Below are positions 48,825 to 59,536 of a stretch of 64,000 nt of DNA, in pieces. The position numbers and the translations under genes are program-made. Source of the stretch: Promethearchaeota archaeon (lineage in GTDB: Archaea; Asgardarchaeota; Lokiarchaeia; Sigyniarchaeales; SOKP01); contig JAHLWP010000006.1 of NCBI GenBank assembly GCA_019057865.1, forward strand, positions 89,955 through 153,954. The letters are read 5' to 3'. A model generated the notes under the pieces. That model was given only the letters and a program-made list of their open reading frames with translations. It made no database searches and had not been told where the DNA came from. The first letter of the stretch is position 1. The number at the start of each line of letters is the position of its first letter.

Positions 48825-49313
48825 GTGATAAAAATGGTAAAACTACCAAAAGAAATGCAAGAAAAACAAAAAAGTAAACCAAAAAGACCTCAGACCGTTA
48901 AACACCGAGATGGATCACAATTTGGATCAAGGCAGATGCGTAGAAAAATGGCACAACAGGGTATAGAAATGGATCAGGTAGATGCAACTAGAGTAATAAT
49001 TGAAAGTTCCGATAAAACATTAGTTATTAATCAACCGGAAGTGATTTTAATGAAGCAAGCTGGTCAAGAAATATATCAGGTAATCGGAGAAACAGAAGAA
49101 TTCTTGCCAGATGAGATAACTATTTCAGAACAGGAGAAAAGATTAGAAGCAGAACCTTTAGATGAATCTGAAATAAAACCTACAATAACTGAAAATGATA
49201 TAATGTTAGTTGCTGCACAAGCAAATGTAGATCCAAAAGAAGCAGAATCTGTATTAAGAGATTGTAATGGAGACATTGCTAAAGCTATTCTGTTCTTAAA
49301 GAATAGACCTTAA
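48825..49313 (+). CDS. nac: Nascent polypeptide-associated complex protein
   Basis: RQMRRKMAQQGI, YQVIG and UBA-like DIMLVAAQANV...NGDIAKAIL motifs. Confidence 0.92.
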   Translation: MIKMVKLPKEMQEKQKSKPKRPQTVKHRDGSQFGSRQMRRKMAQQGIEMDQVDATRVIIESSDKTLVINQPEVILMKQAGQEIYQVIGETEEFLPDEITISEQEKRLEAEPLDESEIKPTITENDIMLVAAQANVDPKEAESVLRDCNGDIAKAILFLKNRP

Positions 49314-49401
49314 TTGAATATTTATTTTAATTAACTCAAAAAATAAAAATTAAGAATAATAAAAATTTATATTATTAAAGAATCATAAATTATAATCTAA
49401 T

Positions 49402-49755
49402 ATGTCAAAATTTAAGAAAAAACGCATTATACAACCAACTAATAGGTATGAAATAGATATTAGATTTGAGAAAATTATACAATTTTCTGGATGGTTTTTT
49501 CTATTCGCTTTGGGGGGATTTGTTGGTGTTTGGATACTTTTTGATATCTTTTTAGGAGCAATTGACATAACGATAGGTGCTATGTCGTTTAGCCTAATAA
49601 TTTTTTTAGGAACTAATTCTGCCTTAAGTTTTGGATTGGCAACAAAAATAAAAAATAATAGGGATAAGAAAAAGGATTTTTTTTATGATTGGTTGTTAGG
49701 GGAATTCTTTTTCTGTATGTTTGCGATTTTTGCTGTTGCGGTATATGTGTGGTAA
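49402..49755 (+). CDS. Small three-TM membrane protein
   Basis: 117 aa, basic N-terminus, three hydrophobic helices. Confidence 0.7.
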   Translation: MSKFKKKRIIQPTNRYEIDIRFEKIIQFSGWFFLFALGGFVGVWILFDIFLGAIDITIGAMSFSLIIFLGTNSALSFGLATKIKNNRDKKKDFFYDWLLGEFFFCMFAIFAVAVYVW

Positions 49756-49796
49756 ATTTATATCTCAAAATCTTACTTCTAACAATAAATTGGATT

Positions 49797-50126
49797 TTAT
49801 TTATAATCATCTCTAGAAGGATTAAAGACATCAATAACCTCAGCATCTTCTAAAATAGACGCACCATGCTTTTCGTTTGAATTAAAAACGTAGCTATCAC
49901 CCTCTTTCGCAATAAATTCACTATCTTCAGTAAAAAATTTTAGTTTCCCACTGATTATGTATCCAATTTGAGTTTCTTTATGGTTATGGAGAGGAATTTC
50001 AGCCCCTTTTTTGAGTATAAATAAACAGAGCATCAGATCATTGTTATATATTAATGTTCTTCGGTAAATTCCTTCTAAAGCTTTTATTGGTTGAACCTCA
50101 TTTTTATTAACTGTATATCTCTTCAT
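49797..50126 (-). CDS. Cupin-domain protein
   Basis: HNHKETQIGYIISG and EKHGA...DVFNPSRDDY motifs. Start placed at ATG 50126. Confidence 0.88.
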   Translation of the reverse strand: MKRYTVNKNEVQPIKALEGIYRRTLIYNNDLMLCLFILKKGAEIPLHNHKETQIGYIISGKLKFFTEDSEFIAKEGDSYVFNSNEKHGASILEDAEVIDVFNPSRDDYK

Positions 50127-50548
50127 GTAAGAATAACCTTTAATGTTAGTTCTCAAATTTTTTTATTTAAATATACTCATAATTACTTCTTATAAAATTT
50201 TTTTTGATAATTCAATAAAAAATACTAATTTGACGACAAATTTACAAGTAAATTGGAATCACATAGATACAGTATAACATTTTAGAATCAGTCTGAAAAT
50301 TAAACATTTTTTTCGTAATTTAAATAGCCAAGTTATCAAATTTCAAATAAGGAGTTAATAAATTAAATTTAAATTGAAAAAACAAATAAATTTTTATATC
50401 AAAAGAGGTAAAATATTAACGATAATAAACATTAAATAATTCTTTTGATTCAGTTCATATTGCCGACAAAATTATTTGATTGTTAGCCTAATATTATGCC
50501 TTTTTATTGTATAAGAATAGAAAAAAATTAAAAATGTGATGGTTTAAA

Positions 50549-52684
50549 TTGGTTTTGGTTCCAAATTCTGAAACTGTAAAAGATAAAAAAGAAGAAAATT
50601 TAAAAAGTAATTTATTAAAAAATTTATTACCGAGAGTTTTTAGAACTGAAGGCGACGTAGTATCCTTTGATCCGTTAAAAATTGAACAAAGTATTATTAG
50701 AGAAACAGGATTAGATAAAGAGGCAGCTGATAAGATCACTGAATTTGTGGTGAGAAGAATTATCTCATCTGGTATTCGTTTTCTCTCTGGCCCTCATATT
50801 AGAGAAATAGTATGTTCTATCTTATCAGAACAACATTTTGAAGAGGAAAGAAAGTTATATACTAGAATTGGAATGCCATTAATGGATTATGAAGCTATTT
50901 TAGAGAATGGTGTTAATGAAAATGCAAATCAAGATATGAATCCAGAAAGTATCCATCATTGGGCAGCAAATAGAATATCAGATGAATATGCCCTATTAAG
51001 GATTTTAGATTCAGAAGAAGCTCACGCCCATCTTTATGGAGATATTCATATTCATATGCTCCGTTATTTCGATTTACGTCCATTCTGTCAGGAATGGGAT
51101 CCTAGGTTAATTCTTGAACATGGTTTACCTCCAGTTGATAGTTGGGCCCATTGTAGCAGATCTGGTCCAGCAGGAAGCTTGCGGGTAGCTGTTACTCACC
51201 TGGCAAAATGGTTAGGCATCATTCAGGGTGAATTTTCAGGTGGTCAAGGCTATGATTATATTACAACCTTTTTGGCACCATATGCTAAACAAGTTTCTGA
51301 TAGAGAAATTGAACAATCTTTGCAGTGTTTAATTTTTGAGACAAATCAAATTTTTGCTGCAAGAGGTGGTCAAGTGCCTTTTACCTCTATTTCTTGTACT
51401 CCTACTGTTCCAAAGGGTTTGTTAGATATTCCTGCTGTTGGACCTCATGGAAAAATAGTTGGAAAATATGGGGATTATAAGGACGAATGCCTCAAATTAT
51501 TTGATGCCTTAACTGATGTCTATATTCAAGGTGATTATAATGGTAAGCTTTTTGCTTTTCCTAAACATGAAATTAAAATAAAGAAGGATTGGCTAAAGGA
51601 ATTTGAATCATCTTATCTAAAAATTATGGAAGAAGTCGCGACAATGGGAACTCCATATTTTCTTAACATGTGTCCAGATTGGATGCCAGATGAAATTCAT
51701 AGTCAATGTTGCAGAAAATTTCTAAGTGGTAATCAAATTATTGAGCAATGTATTCTTGATCCTGATAAGAGGGAAACAACAAATATATGGGACAATTATG
51801 TTACAATTGGTTCACTACAAAGTGTAAGTTTAAATCTTCCTCGGTATGCTTATTTATCTGAAAATGAAGATAACTATTTCATAATATTGGATGAGAAAAT
51901 GGAGCTTTCTGCTAGAATTCTACGTAAAAAATGGAATTTAATGGAAAAAAGATTGAAAACTGGACATTTACCTCTCTGTAGTGGTAAAATTAATGGCAAG
52001 CCGATTTTCAATATAAAAGATCAGAACGTTTCAATAGGGTTTACAGGATTAAATGAAGCAGTTAAAAGTTTAACTGGCTATGAATTACATGAAGATGATA
52101 CCTCTTATGAATTGGGGAAAAAAATCTTAAATTATATGGTTGCAAAATGTAATTCCATGACAGAAAGGGATAAAAAATCCTATTCTCTTTGGGAACAACC
52201 TAGTGAACAGGCAGCTAGTCGCCTAGCAAGATTGGATTTAAGACATTTTCCAAAAAAAGCTATTGTTCAATCATCTGGCAATTCTGCTTATTACACTAAT
52301 TCAGATCACTTCAGATATGATGCCGATATCTCATTATCAGAAAGAATTATAAAACAGGGGGATTTCCATCCAATAGTAAATGGTGGTGTAATAACACATA
52401 TTTGGCTTGGAGAGCAAAAGCCAGATATTAATGGTTTATGGGAACTTACGAAGAATATTTGTCTAAATACAAATACAGCATACTTTACTTATACGATAGA
52501 TTTTACATATTGTCCATCATGTAAGAGAATGTTCCGAGGTGGGCAATTTTCTTGTCCTCAATGCCATTCAGTGGATGTAAAGGTATATTCTAGAATAACT
52601 GGTTATTATAGCGATGTAAGTAGGTATAATCCAGGGAAAAAGGCTGAATGGGAATCAAGAAAAAGATATAATTTATTTAATTAA
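50549..52684 (+). CDS. nrdD: Class III (anaerobic) ribonucleoside-triphosphate reductase
   Basis: ATP cone, AHLYGDIHIH, SQCCR, SLNLPR, YYTNS, CPSC...CPQC and glycyl-radical SRITGY motifs. Confidence 0.95.
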   Translation: MVLVPNSETVKDKKEENLKSNLLKNLLPRVFRTEGDVVSFDPLKIEQSIIRETGLDKEAADKITEFVVRRIISSGIRFLSGPHIREIVCSILSEQHFEEERKLYTRIGMPLMDYEAILENGVNENANQDMNPESIHHWAANRISDEYALLRILDSEEAHAHLYGDIHIHMLRYFDLRPFCQEWDPRLILEHGLPPVDSWAHCSRSGPAGSLRVAVTHLAKWLGIIQGEFSGGQGYDYITTFLAPYAKQVSDREIEQSLQCLIFETNQIFAARGGQVPFTSISCTPTVPKGLLDIPAVGPHGKIVGKYGDYKDECLKLFDALTDVYIQGDYNGKLFAFPKHEIKIKKDWLKEFESSYLKIMEEVATMGTPYFLNMCPDWMPDEIHSQCCRKFLSGNQIIEQCILDPDKRETTNIWDNYVTIGSLQSVSLNLPRYAYLSENEDNYFIILDEKMELSARILRKKWNLMEKRLKTGHLPLCSGKINGKPIFNIKDQNVSIGFTGLNEAVKSLTGYELHEDDTSYELGKKILNYMVAKCNSMTERDKKSYSLWEQPSEQAASRLARLDLRHFPKKAIVQSSGNSAYYTNSDHFRYDADISLSERIIKQGDFHPIVNGGVITHIWLGEQKPDINGLWELTKNICLNTNTAYFTYTIDFTYCPSCKRMFRGGQFSCPQCHSVDVKVYSRITGYYSDVSRYNPGKKAEWESRKRYNLFN

Positions 52685-54092
52685 TTTTTTTTATATAAAT
52701 GTGCCCGATTCCAGCGATATAACTATTATTGTCAGCAATCGACAGATTATAAATATTCTCTTGATTATTATTTTTTTCTATTTTATTTACTCTAGTTAAA
52801 GTGTTATTTTCAAAAATCTTTAATTTCTCTATTGTAGGTGTTTTATAGTTTTGTTTTTTAAGATAATCTAAAGTTTTTAGTAAATTACCTTCAGATAGAT
52901 TTTTTAAATTATTTTCTTGGGCACATCTTGCTACCATATGAGGAATTTTTTGTTTTTCTACAAGCATCCTTAAAGATATTCCATATTTTTCTTTCATTTC
53001 ATTATCTAATTTTTTAATCCAAGGATTTAAATTTATTTCAGGGGCTTTACCTCGTGCGAACTTGCCATACTCAGGAACTTTAGGGATAACTTGTCGTAAA
53101 ATATTCAAATTTCTTTTGCCTGTTATACGCAAACTATAATTATCATGCCAATTTGGATGCTCTATGTCATCAAATTCTCTTTTAGAAATAGTTGCATCAA
53201 TACCGAATCTCTTTAATAAAAAATTTAATCCAAATGCCATTTTCCTAGAAGATGTATTATATCTCATATATACATCACGCTTGGGAGAGTTTTTTCGATG
53301 ATAATCTCCGATTGAACCATCTCCTTTGAGATAACTTGCAAGAAATCCTTTAACACAATCCATTGGAGCATTATAAAGAAAAGGAGGGATTTGCTTGTAT
53401 GGAGCATGTTTAGGTTTCAATCCTAAACCCTCTGTAAATACTTTTTTAGCTAATTTAGTCCTACTATTCAATTCATAAATAGTTTTATAATCTTTTGGTT
53501 TATGTTTGCTTATCCTAGGATTCAAACCAAAATTCTTTTGTACAAAATTATTTACCTGTTCTACTAATTTTTTATCGCTATTACAAGTTATTGTTACTTG
53601 ATTCATGGAGCCTTCTGAGCAATATTGTCCTAAAATATATCCAACTTCGAAATTTTTCTCGATAAAGCGATAACATTCTGTTTTTGCTTCTCTAATATAT
53701 TCTTTATTATTTTTTTTAACAACATTTCCACAATTGCTTAGATCTAAAGGAGCTGAGTTTTCTTTTACTTCAAAAATTCGTGGTATTAAAATAGATGTAC
53801 CAGGCTTGATTAATTTAGCATTAATTTCAGTAATATTCAAATTATTATCAACTGAGAGTAGAGCATGAGATTCTGAAACCGATATTTCACCATGTTTACA
53901 AATGATATTGAGAGATCTATCTTTAGTTAATTTTATTAATTGATCGACATTAACCTTTTCAGACCGTTGAGAAAAACTATTTAATCCGATAGTAGAATCA
54001 TATTCCTGAATTTGAGCATTTCTGATTTCAGTCAATCTATATAAATTAGATTTATTATCATGTAATAAGACAAGTTCATTTGCATTTATTGT
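52677..54092 (-). mobile_element. Splicing-deficient intein remnant with an apparently intact homing endonuclease
   Basis: Block A-like TINANELVLL, block B VSESHALL, LAGLIDADG motifs YILGQYCSEG and FLASYLKGDG, block F-like IYNLSIADNNSYIAG. No terminal His-Asn plus nucleophile and no C-extein. Confidence 0.75.
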
Positions 54093-55343
54093 ATCTTCAT
54101 ACTCTTTTTCAATTTTTTTTGGATTTTCAATCTCATTAATTGCTTCACTTCTGCAATTTGTGATATAACTAGTAGTTGAGTTTAAATATGTTTGAAACGA
54201 TTCTCTGGTGCTTGGATATCTTCCACAAATTTTATGGTACGATTCTATATATCTTTTTATATTATTTTTAAGACTTAAATCAGAATTTAATATATTTTTA
54301 TTATTTTCTAACAATTTTGAAATTTGAGATTTAATATCTTTTTGTTTTATTAAATAATCTCTAAAGTGATTTGAAGGACCTTTTCTATAAACTAACTCGA
54401 AATCTGGATTGTCTTTTAGAAATTTCTCTTTATATTTTTGAAATATATTATTTTCTACATCAATTTGATTAAATGAAATATTTCCAGTTAGGAATTCAAT
54501 AATTTCTGTAACATTTAATGGTCTTTCCTTAGACTCCTTATTTGATATTTCTTTTTGTGAAAGAAATCTCTGATTTATACCATTAAAATTTTGATCTAAT
54601 TTTTCATTTAAGTTGTTATCTTGAATTTCATCTATTTGGTTTTTCAATAATTTTTCCGTATTTTTGTCTTGTTTAAACTCTTTTGAGGGCTTATTATCAT
54701 GATCTAAATCTTCTTTTTCACTTTGTTTCGATTCAAAGTTTTCTTGGTTATTTATTTTATTTTCAGTAGGATTCTGATTATCTTTAAGGTTGGAAGTTTC
54801 ATGTTTACCTGCAGTATCCCTATTCGGTGAAATAGAACTGTCAAGATATCCCCCTTGTTTCACTTTTAGTTCACTTATAGCATCATCAATCGCTTTCGAT
54901 ATTCTATCTCGTTCTGATATTGATATTTCAGAGTTATCCCATAATTTACTCTGTTTTTCTTTTAACATCTCAATTTTCTCCCATGTTGATAAAGTAGGAT
55001 CGTCAATTATAGCTCCAATAAACGCGGGTCTAGGAGGCTCTGGTCCTATTCTACATTCAAAAGTAAGTTTTTCACTATAGGTTGGTTCGAAATCTTCATA
55101 AGTATTTTCAAAAGCTGTATTGTTAGGTATTTCAAACTGGTAATCATGAATGTCTGTTTCTATACTATAAGACGGTTCAAAATTTTCTCCCTCTAATTCA
55201 ATATTTTGTTTATTTATAGGTTCAAAATCCTCTATTTTTATTTCTTGATTATTACTAATAATATCATCAAGTTCTTGTTCTTCTTCAATTTCTTCATTAT
55301 CATCTTGAATTTCTTCATTTCCATATTCACTCATTTTAATCAT
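52677..55343 (-). CDS. Acidic low-complexity protein ending in a degenerate intein (Hint + LAGLIDADG endonuclease)
   Basis: E/D/N-rich N-terminal half, then intein-like blocks and two LAGLIDADG motifs running to the stop codon. Confidence 0.8.
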   Translation of the reverse strand: MIKMSEYGNEEIQDDNEEIEEEQELDDIISNNQEIKIEDFEPINKQNIELEGENFEPSYSIETDIHDYQFEIPNNTAFENTYEDFEPTYSEKLTFECRIGPEPPRPAFIGAIIDDPTLSTWEKIEMLKEKQSKLWDNSEISISERDRISKAIDDAISELKVKQGGYLDSSISPNRDTAGKHETSNLKDNQNPTENKINNQENFESKQSEKEDLDHDNKPSKEFKQDKNTEKLLKNQIDEIQDNNLNEKLDQNFNGINQRFLSQKEISNKESKERPLNVTEIIEFLTGNISFNQIDVENNIFQKYKEKFLKDNPDFELVYRKGPSNHFRDYLIKQKDIKSQISKLLENNKNILNSDLSLKNNIKRYIESYHKICGRYPSTRESFQTYLNSTTSYITNCRSEAINEIENPKKIEKEYEDTINANELVLLHDNKSNLYRLTEIRNAQIQEYDSTIGLNSFSQRSEKVNVDQLIKLTKDRSLNIICKHGEISVSESHALLSVDNNLNITEINAKLIKPGTSILIPRIFEVKENSAPLDLSNCGNVVKKNNKEYIREAKTECYRFIEKNFEVGYILGQYCSEGSMNQVTITCNSDKKLVEQVNNFVQKNFGLNPRISKHKPKDYKTIYELNSRTKLAKKVFTEGLGLKPKHAPYKQIPPFLYNAPMDCVKGFLASYLKGDGSIGDYHRKNSPKRDVYMRYNTSSRKMAFGLNFLLKRFGIDATISKREFDDIEHPNWHDNYSLRITGKRNLNILRQVIPKVPEYGKFARGKAPEINLNPWIKKLDNEMKEKYGISLRMLVEKQKIPHMVARCAQENNLKNLSEGNLLKTLDYLKKQNYKTPTIEKLKIFENNTLTRVNKIEKNNNQENIYNLSIADNNSYIAGIGHIYIKKIN

Positions 55344-58161
55344 CCTCTTTTATTTCAAAAAAATCAAGATAGGAATCTTCAGAAGGTGTTTTTAAATCAG
55401 GAAGTAAGGTTTTTCCACAAAACATACAATATTTTGCTTCATAATCGATAAGACTATTGCAATTATGGCATAATTTTTTGGTATTTCCATTCATGTAAGC
55501 TATTTGTGGTTGTATAGAAGTATCTAAAGTTTCAATAACGTATTTTTCTCCGAGAGTACCATTCAAAACTAATGCTTGTCTTTTTTTTTGGAGGGTTAAA
55601 TAATTTTGTTCTTTAGCATTTCCAGTAAAGAGAGTATTGCATGGATATCCAAGCCTAAACAGGATCTTTAAACTGGGAAGTGTTATTACAGCTTCAAATA
55701 GTCTTGAAGGGATTTGCTCAACTATTATAAACGATAGCCCCTTACTTCGGAATTCTCTCATTAATTCTGTGAAGATCTTTTCTAGTTGTTCTGTAGATAT
55801 AAAATCATCATCATCGTAATTTCTTGAAATAGATTTTTCTAAGATTTGATGAGCCTCATCTATAATAATAATATTTCTTAATGTACCTGCTTCTACATCA
55901 GGAGTTAGGGTTCGAACAAGTTGAAATATCGCATTTGTTAGCAACCGTTTAACATAAATATTGCACATTGAAAGGTCAAGATAGATTTTTTTTCCACTCC
56001 TCCATTCTTGGAACCATTCAGGAATTTCAGAAGTTAATTCCAATATTTTTTTTAGTTCTTCATTAGTCAAAAGAGAAAGAACTCGATTTTGAAGTGCTCT
56101 AAGAATATTGGTCTGGAATTTAACATGGTAGGGAAATTGCTCAAAAAATTTCACTAAATTAAAAAATAAAATATCGAGAGATTTTGGTAAAGAATTTCCT
56201 CTACAAGTAAATGATTTCATAACATTTAACATGTTTTTGACTACAATATTTTTCAAACCTAAAGCAGCAATAAGATATGCTGCTGTTTCTTGTAAATTTT
56301 TTTCTAAATAGGGTCCTTGAACAAAATAAGGGACTCGAAAATCAGAAGACCCAAATTTTATGACTCTATCTACTTGATAAAATATCTCCTGATAACCTTT
56401 ACCCAAATTAATGATTAATATTCCGACATCTGGAGCCTTATTATAAAACTCATTAACAACTTGAGATAATAAATATGTTTTTCCTGTTCCTATTTGACCA
56501 AAGATTACCGCACTTTGAGAAAAAGCACTTTTTGGGATAAGGATTTTTCGTTCTGTTAATCTTCCATTAAAAACATATCTTCCAATTAAAATATGATCTG
56601 TATCAGTCTCGTGAACAGGTCTATGTTTAATGTTTTCTTTTTCAATAGTAAAAGGTTTTATTAATGGGATGACCTCCGGAAAGTTGAAATCTACACAATT
56701 AGGAGTTACATAGTGGCCAGAAAATAAATTAAAACGAAAAAAATTCATAGAATTTTGTGAAATAATTTTTTCAAGGCGAGCTGATTCTTTAGGATTTCTA
56801 CTTGACATTATTAAGCTTCTAATTCCTCCTTCAATGATTTGAATGGCATTTTCTCTTGATTTTGGATTGTCTTCAATTAATTCGTAATTAACAAATATTC
56901 TAATCTTAAAGAGATCATCCTGCCACATTTTAGAAAGCTGTTCTTTTTCCTTTTCATCTTTATATTTCATTTTTTCAATCTTCTTTCGTACTTTTGTAAT
57001 TCTTCTTGGAGCTATTTTCTTCCAAATAATGTATAATATAATTTTTTGCTTATTTCTGTGAAAAAGATTGATGAAATCAGAAATTAAGGTAAATATTTCC
57101 AAATACGGAGGTTTAGGAAGCTGTATTTCCAAAAAGTATTTTTTATCATGAAGCTTTTCTTTTTTAATTGGTAATATCTCAATTTGACCATCTAGACCAG
57201 GATAAATACTTGATAATCTTGTTAAAAGAGCCTCCCCATTTATTCTTGCTTGATTCTGGGTTCTTGCCTTCATTAAAAAAGTCCAATTAAAATCATTTTG
57301 AGATATAAGCTCAAGACCATAGTAAGATTTATTTGAAAAAAAATCCTGGAGCCAAGTGGTTTCTTTTTCTTGGTTAAGATCTTGTGGTTCTTCTTTTTTT
57401 TCCAATGCTCCTTGTAAAATTTTAACTTTAGTTAGCCAATAGGAGATCTTTTCCTTCTTTTCTTCTTTGTTAAATGCTTTTAAAATCTTCAAATTAATTT
57501 TATTTGATGATTTAGTTGCTTGATAAAGAGAAATTATTTTTCTTCTAAAAGACTCATCGCCAATTGAAATAATTGGAATGAGTACTATTAATAGGATTAT
57601 TGTTAAAAGTAGTGCGTTAATAGAAACTGAAATATAAATTAAAAATGAAAAGATTATCAAAACTGCTAAGATTTTATATTCATTGTCGTATGGGAGGATA
57701 ATAGCAAAAATTAATGCTCCGATTAAGGTAATAATAACTGTCCCTACAAGTAATATGCCAATAACTCCAGCAATAAAAATGTGGGATGCTAGTAAAGCAG
57801 TTAATGAATGAATGTAAATAATATAGTCTGCCTTGAAATTTTTTAGAAGAATAAAATAAAGTGCAGTAAAAAGAAATAAAATAGAAATCAGCTCAATATC
57901 AAAAAGAAAAACAAGCTCTGAATCTCTGAAATTTCGATATATTAACATTTCACAAATATTAGATAAAAGAATCAATGAGATTAAAGAAGCCATATAAATT
58001 TCTACAGATTTAATCGACTCTTCTCTCTCAGTTAACCATAGAAAAATTAAGCTGATAATCATTAGAAATACAAGGAATAACACCATAATCCAAAAATACT
58101 GCGAAAAAATAAGCATACTTTCTGATAAATTCTTGATTTTATCTATATTTTTAAAATACAA
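55336..58161 (-). CDS. Membrane-anchored HerA/FtsK/VirB4-superfamily ATPase with C-terminal double zinc ribbon
   Basis: About 6-7 N-terminal TM helices, GQIGTGKT, IIIDEAH, REFRSKG...EQIPS and CHNC...CMFCG motifs. Confidence 0.85.
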   Translation of the reverse strand: MYFKNIDKIKNLSESMLIFSQYFWIMVLFLVFLMIISLIFLWLTEREESIKSVEIYMASLISLILLSNICEMLIYRNFRDSELVFLFDIELISILFLFTALYFILLKNFKADYIIYIHSLTALLASHIFIAGVIGILLVGTVIITLIGALIFAIILPYDNEYKILAVLIIFSFLIYISVSINALLLTIILLIVLIPIISIGDESFRRKIISLYQATKSSNKINLKILKAFNKEEKKEKISYWLTKVKILQGALEKKEEPQDLNQEKETTWLQDFFSNKSYYGLELISQNDFNWTFLMKARTQNQARINGEALLTRLSSIYPGLDGQIEILPIKKEKLHDKKYFLEIQLPKPPYLEIFTLISDFINLFHRNKQKIILYIIWKKIAPRRITKVRKKIEKMKYKDEKEKEQLSKMWQDDLFKIRIFVNYELIEDNPKSRENAIQIIEGGIRSLIMSSRNPKESARLEKIISQNSMNFFRFNLFSGHYVTPNCVDFNFPEVIPLIKPFTIEKENIKHRPVHETDTDHILIGRYVFNGRLTERKILIPKSAFSQSAVIFGQIGTGKTYLLSQVVNEFYNKAPDVGILIINLGKGYQEIFYQVDRVIKFGSSDFRVPYFVQGPYLEKNLQETAAYLIAALGLKNIVVKNMLNVMKSFTCRGNSLPKSLDILFFNLVKFFEQFPYHVKFQTNILRALQNRVLSLLTNEELKKILELTSEIPEWFQEWRSGKKIYLDLSMCNIYVKRLLTNAIFQLVRTLTPDVEAGTLRNIIIIDEAHQILEKSISRNYDDDDFISTEQLEKIFTELMREFRSKGLSFIIVEQIPSRLFEAVITLPSLKILFRLGYPCNTLFTGNAKEQNYLTLQKKRQALVLNGTLGEKYVIETLDTSIQPQIAYMNGNTKKLCHNCNSLIDYEAKYCMFCGKTLLPDLKTPSEDSYLDFFEIKEDD

Positions 58162-58196
58162 TATAAAAAGTTAGAGCATTTTAAAAAACAATAACA

Positions 58197-58233
58197 AAAG
58201 GTAAATTCAGAGTCTGATTTCAATGAAAATTCC
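58197..58233 (+). repeat. Direct repeat A, copy 1
   Basis: AAAGGTAAATTCAGAGTCTGATTTCAATGAAAATTCC; 36 of 37 nt identical to 59697-59733. Confidence 0.9.
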
Positions 58234-58405
58234 AATGAAAAAAACCTTTGAAAAAATTATCTTCTTTTAAATGTACTAGTGTGCACACACTTACTACTTC
58301 TGAGTTTTCTCTAACAAGAGTGGATTTCAAATCTTCTGTTTTAAATCCCAAGTCTTAAATAATTTTTAATGAATAATAATCATAACGATCTGAGGGAATG
58401 CAAAA

Positions 58406-59536
58406 TTGAAATATTCTATTACCATTTCTGATACCCATTTGGGTGCTACAGGATTCCATAGAACCCAATTTAATGATTTTCTAAGTGATATTCTTTCCAA
58501 TAGAATACGAGCATTCGATTCGATCATTTCAATTGATAACATTAAGCATTTGATAATTCTTGGTGATTTCTTCGATTTGATGATGGAAATTCCTGCATAC
58601 TTAGACAATGATTTTCAAGAAATTTATGAACAACTGAAAAATATAAGGAATAAAGGAATAGAGGTAACCCATGTTCTTGGAAATCATGAAATTTCTGTAT
58701 CAGGTGATTATAACGCAAAATTTACTGACAGGAAAAATAAATTGTATGGAGATCTAACTCGATACCAAAATCTTTTAGGATATCTCAAGGAAGATGATTT
58801 ATGTCAATATGTACTTCTGATTTTAAAAAATGATAATTTTATGTTAAGTAGATGTGATGATATAACTGAGATTTCTTCTTCAAGTCAACCTGATACGCAA
58901 AATTTTCTGATGTGCCATGGTTACCAATTTCTGCCGAGATTAATATTATTAACTGAGAGTAAAATTTGGGATGAAGTATTAAAAATAACAGATAGACATA
59001 TCAAGAAACTTATTGATAAAATATGGAATGATATTCTGAAGAGAAGAGGGGAGATCAGCTTTGCGGAAATAACACATCAAACTTTTACTGACAGTATTAT
59101 AGAAGATGTTATTAATTTGCATCACATCGAAGAGTCATCCTTTGAGGAGATTCCTTTTATAAAATATTTTGACGATACATTATCTTTTCTCGAATATGAG
59201 GATTTGGATGAAGAAACACAAGAAGCGATTAACAGAAGTGATTTTGATAACTTAAGAGAACTGATTAGTATATATAACATGATGGAGATCACTTTTTTAA
59301 GCCTTTTATCAATTGAAGGTATAAAAGAAAAGTTAATTGACGACTTCCTCCTTAAGAATCAGTTAAATAATATTACTGATGTAATCTTTGGACACACACA
59401 TAAAGCAGATAAATTCACAACCTCTAATCGCATTGAAGTGGGAAATGACGGAGCATGGCAACTAAGAAAAGATCAAAGTCCTTATTATTTAATAATCAAT
59501 ACACGGGGAGAATTTGAATATTCTTCTTACTGTTAG
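58406..59536 (+). CDS. Calcineurin-like metallophosphoesterase (LpxH-like motifs)
   Basis: SDTHLG, LGDFFD, GNHE, CHG, GHTH and NDGAW motifs. Confidence 0.88.
   Translation: MKYSITISDTHLGATGFHRTQFNDFLSDILSNRIRAFDSIISIDNIKHLIILGDFFDLMMEIPAYLDNDFQEIYEQLKNIRNKGIEVTHVLGNHEISVSGDYNAKFTDRKNKLYGDLTRYQNLLGYLKEDDLCQYVLLILKNDNFMLSRCDDITEISSSSQPDTQNFLMCHGYQFLPRLILLTESKIWDEVLKITDRHIKKLIDKIWNDILKRRGEISFAEITHQTFTDSIIEDVINLHHIEESSFEEIPFIKYFDDTLSFLEYEDLDEETQEAINRSDFDNLRELISIYNMMEITFLSLLSIEGIKEKLIDDFLLKNQLNNITDVIFGHTHKADKFTTSNRIEVGNDGAWQLRKDQSPYYLIINTRGEFEYSSYC

Noticed and set aside
20782-52684. Inteins in usual hosts (RtcB, Cdc6, DP1, DP2, Rpo2, NrdD)
   Set aside because: All have normal lengths and uninterrupted motifs.
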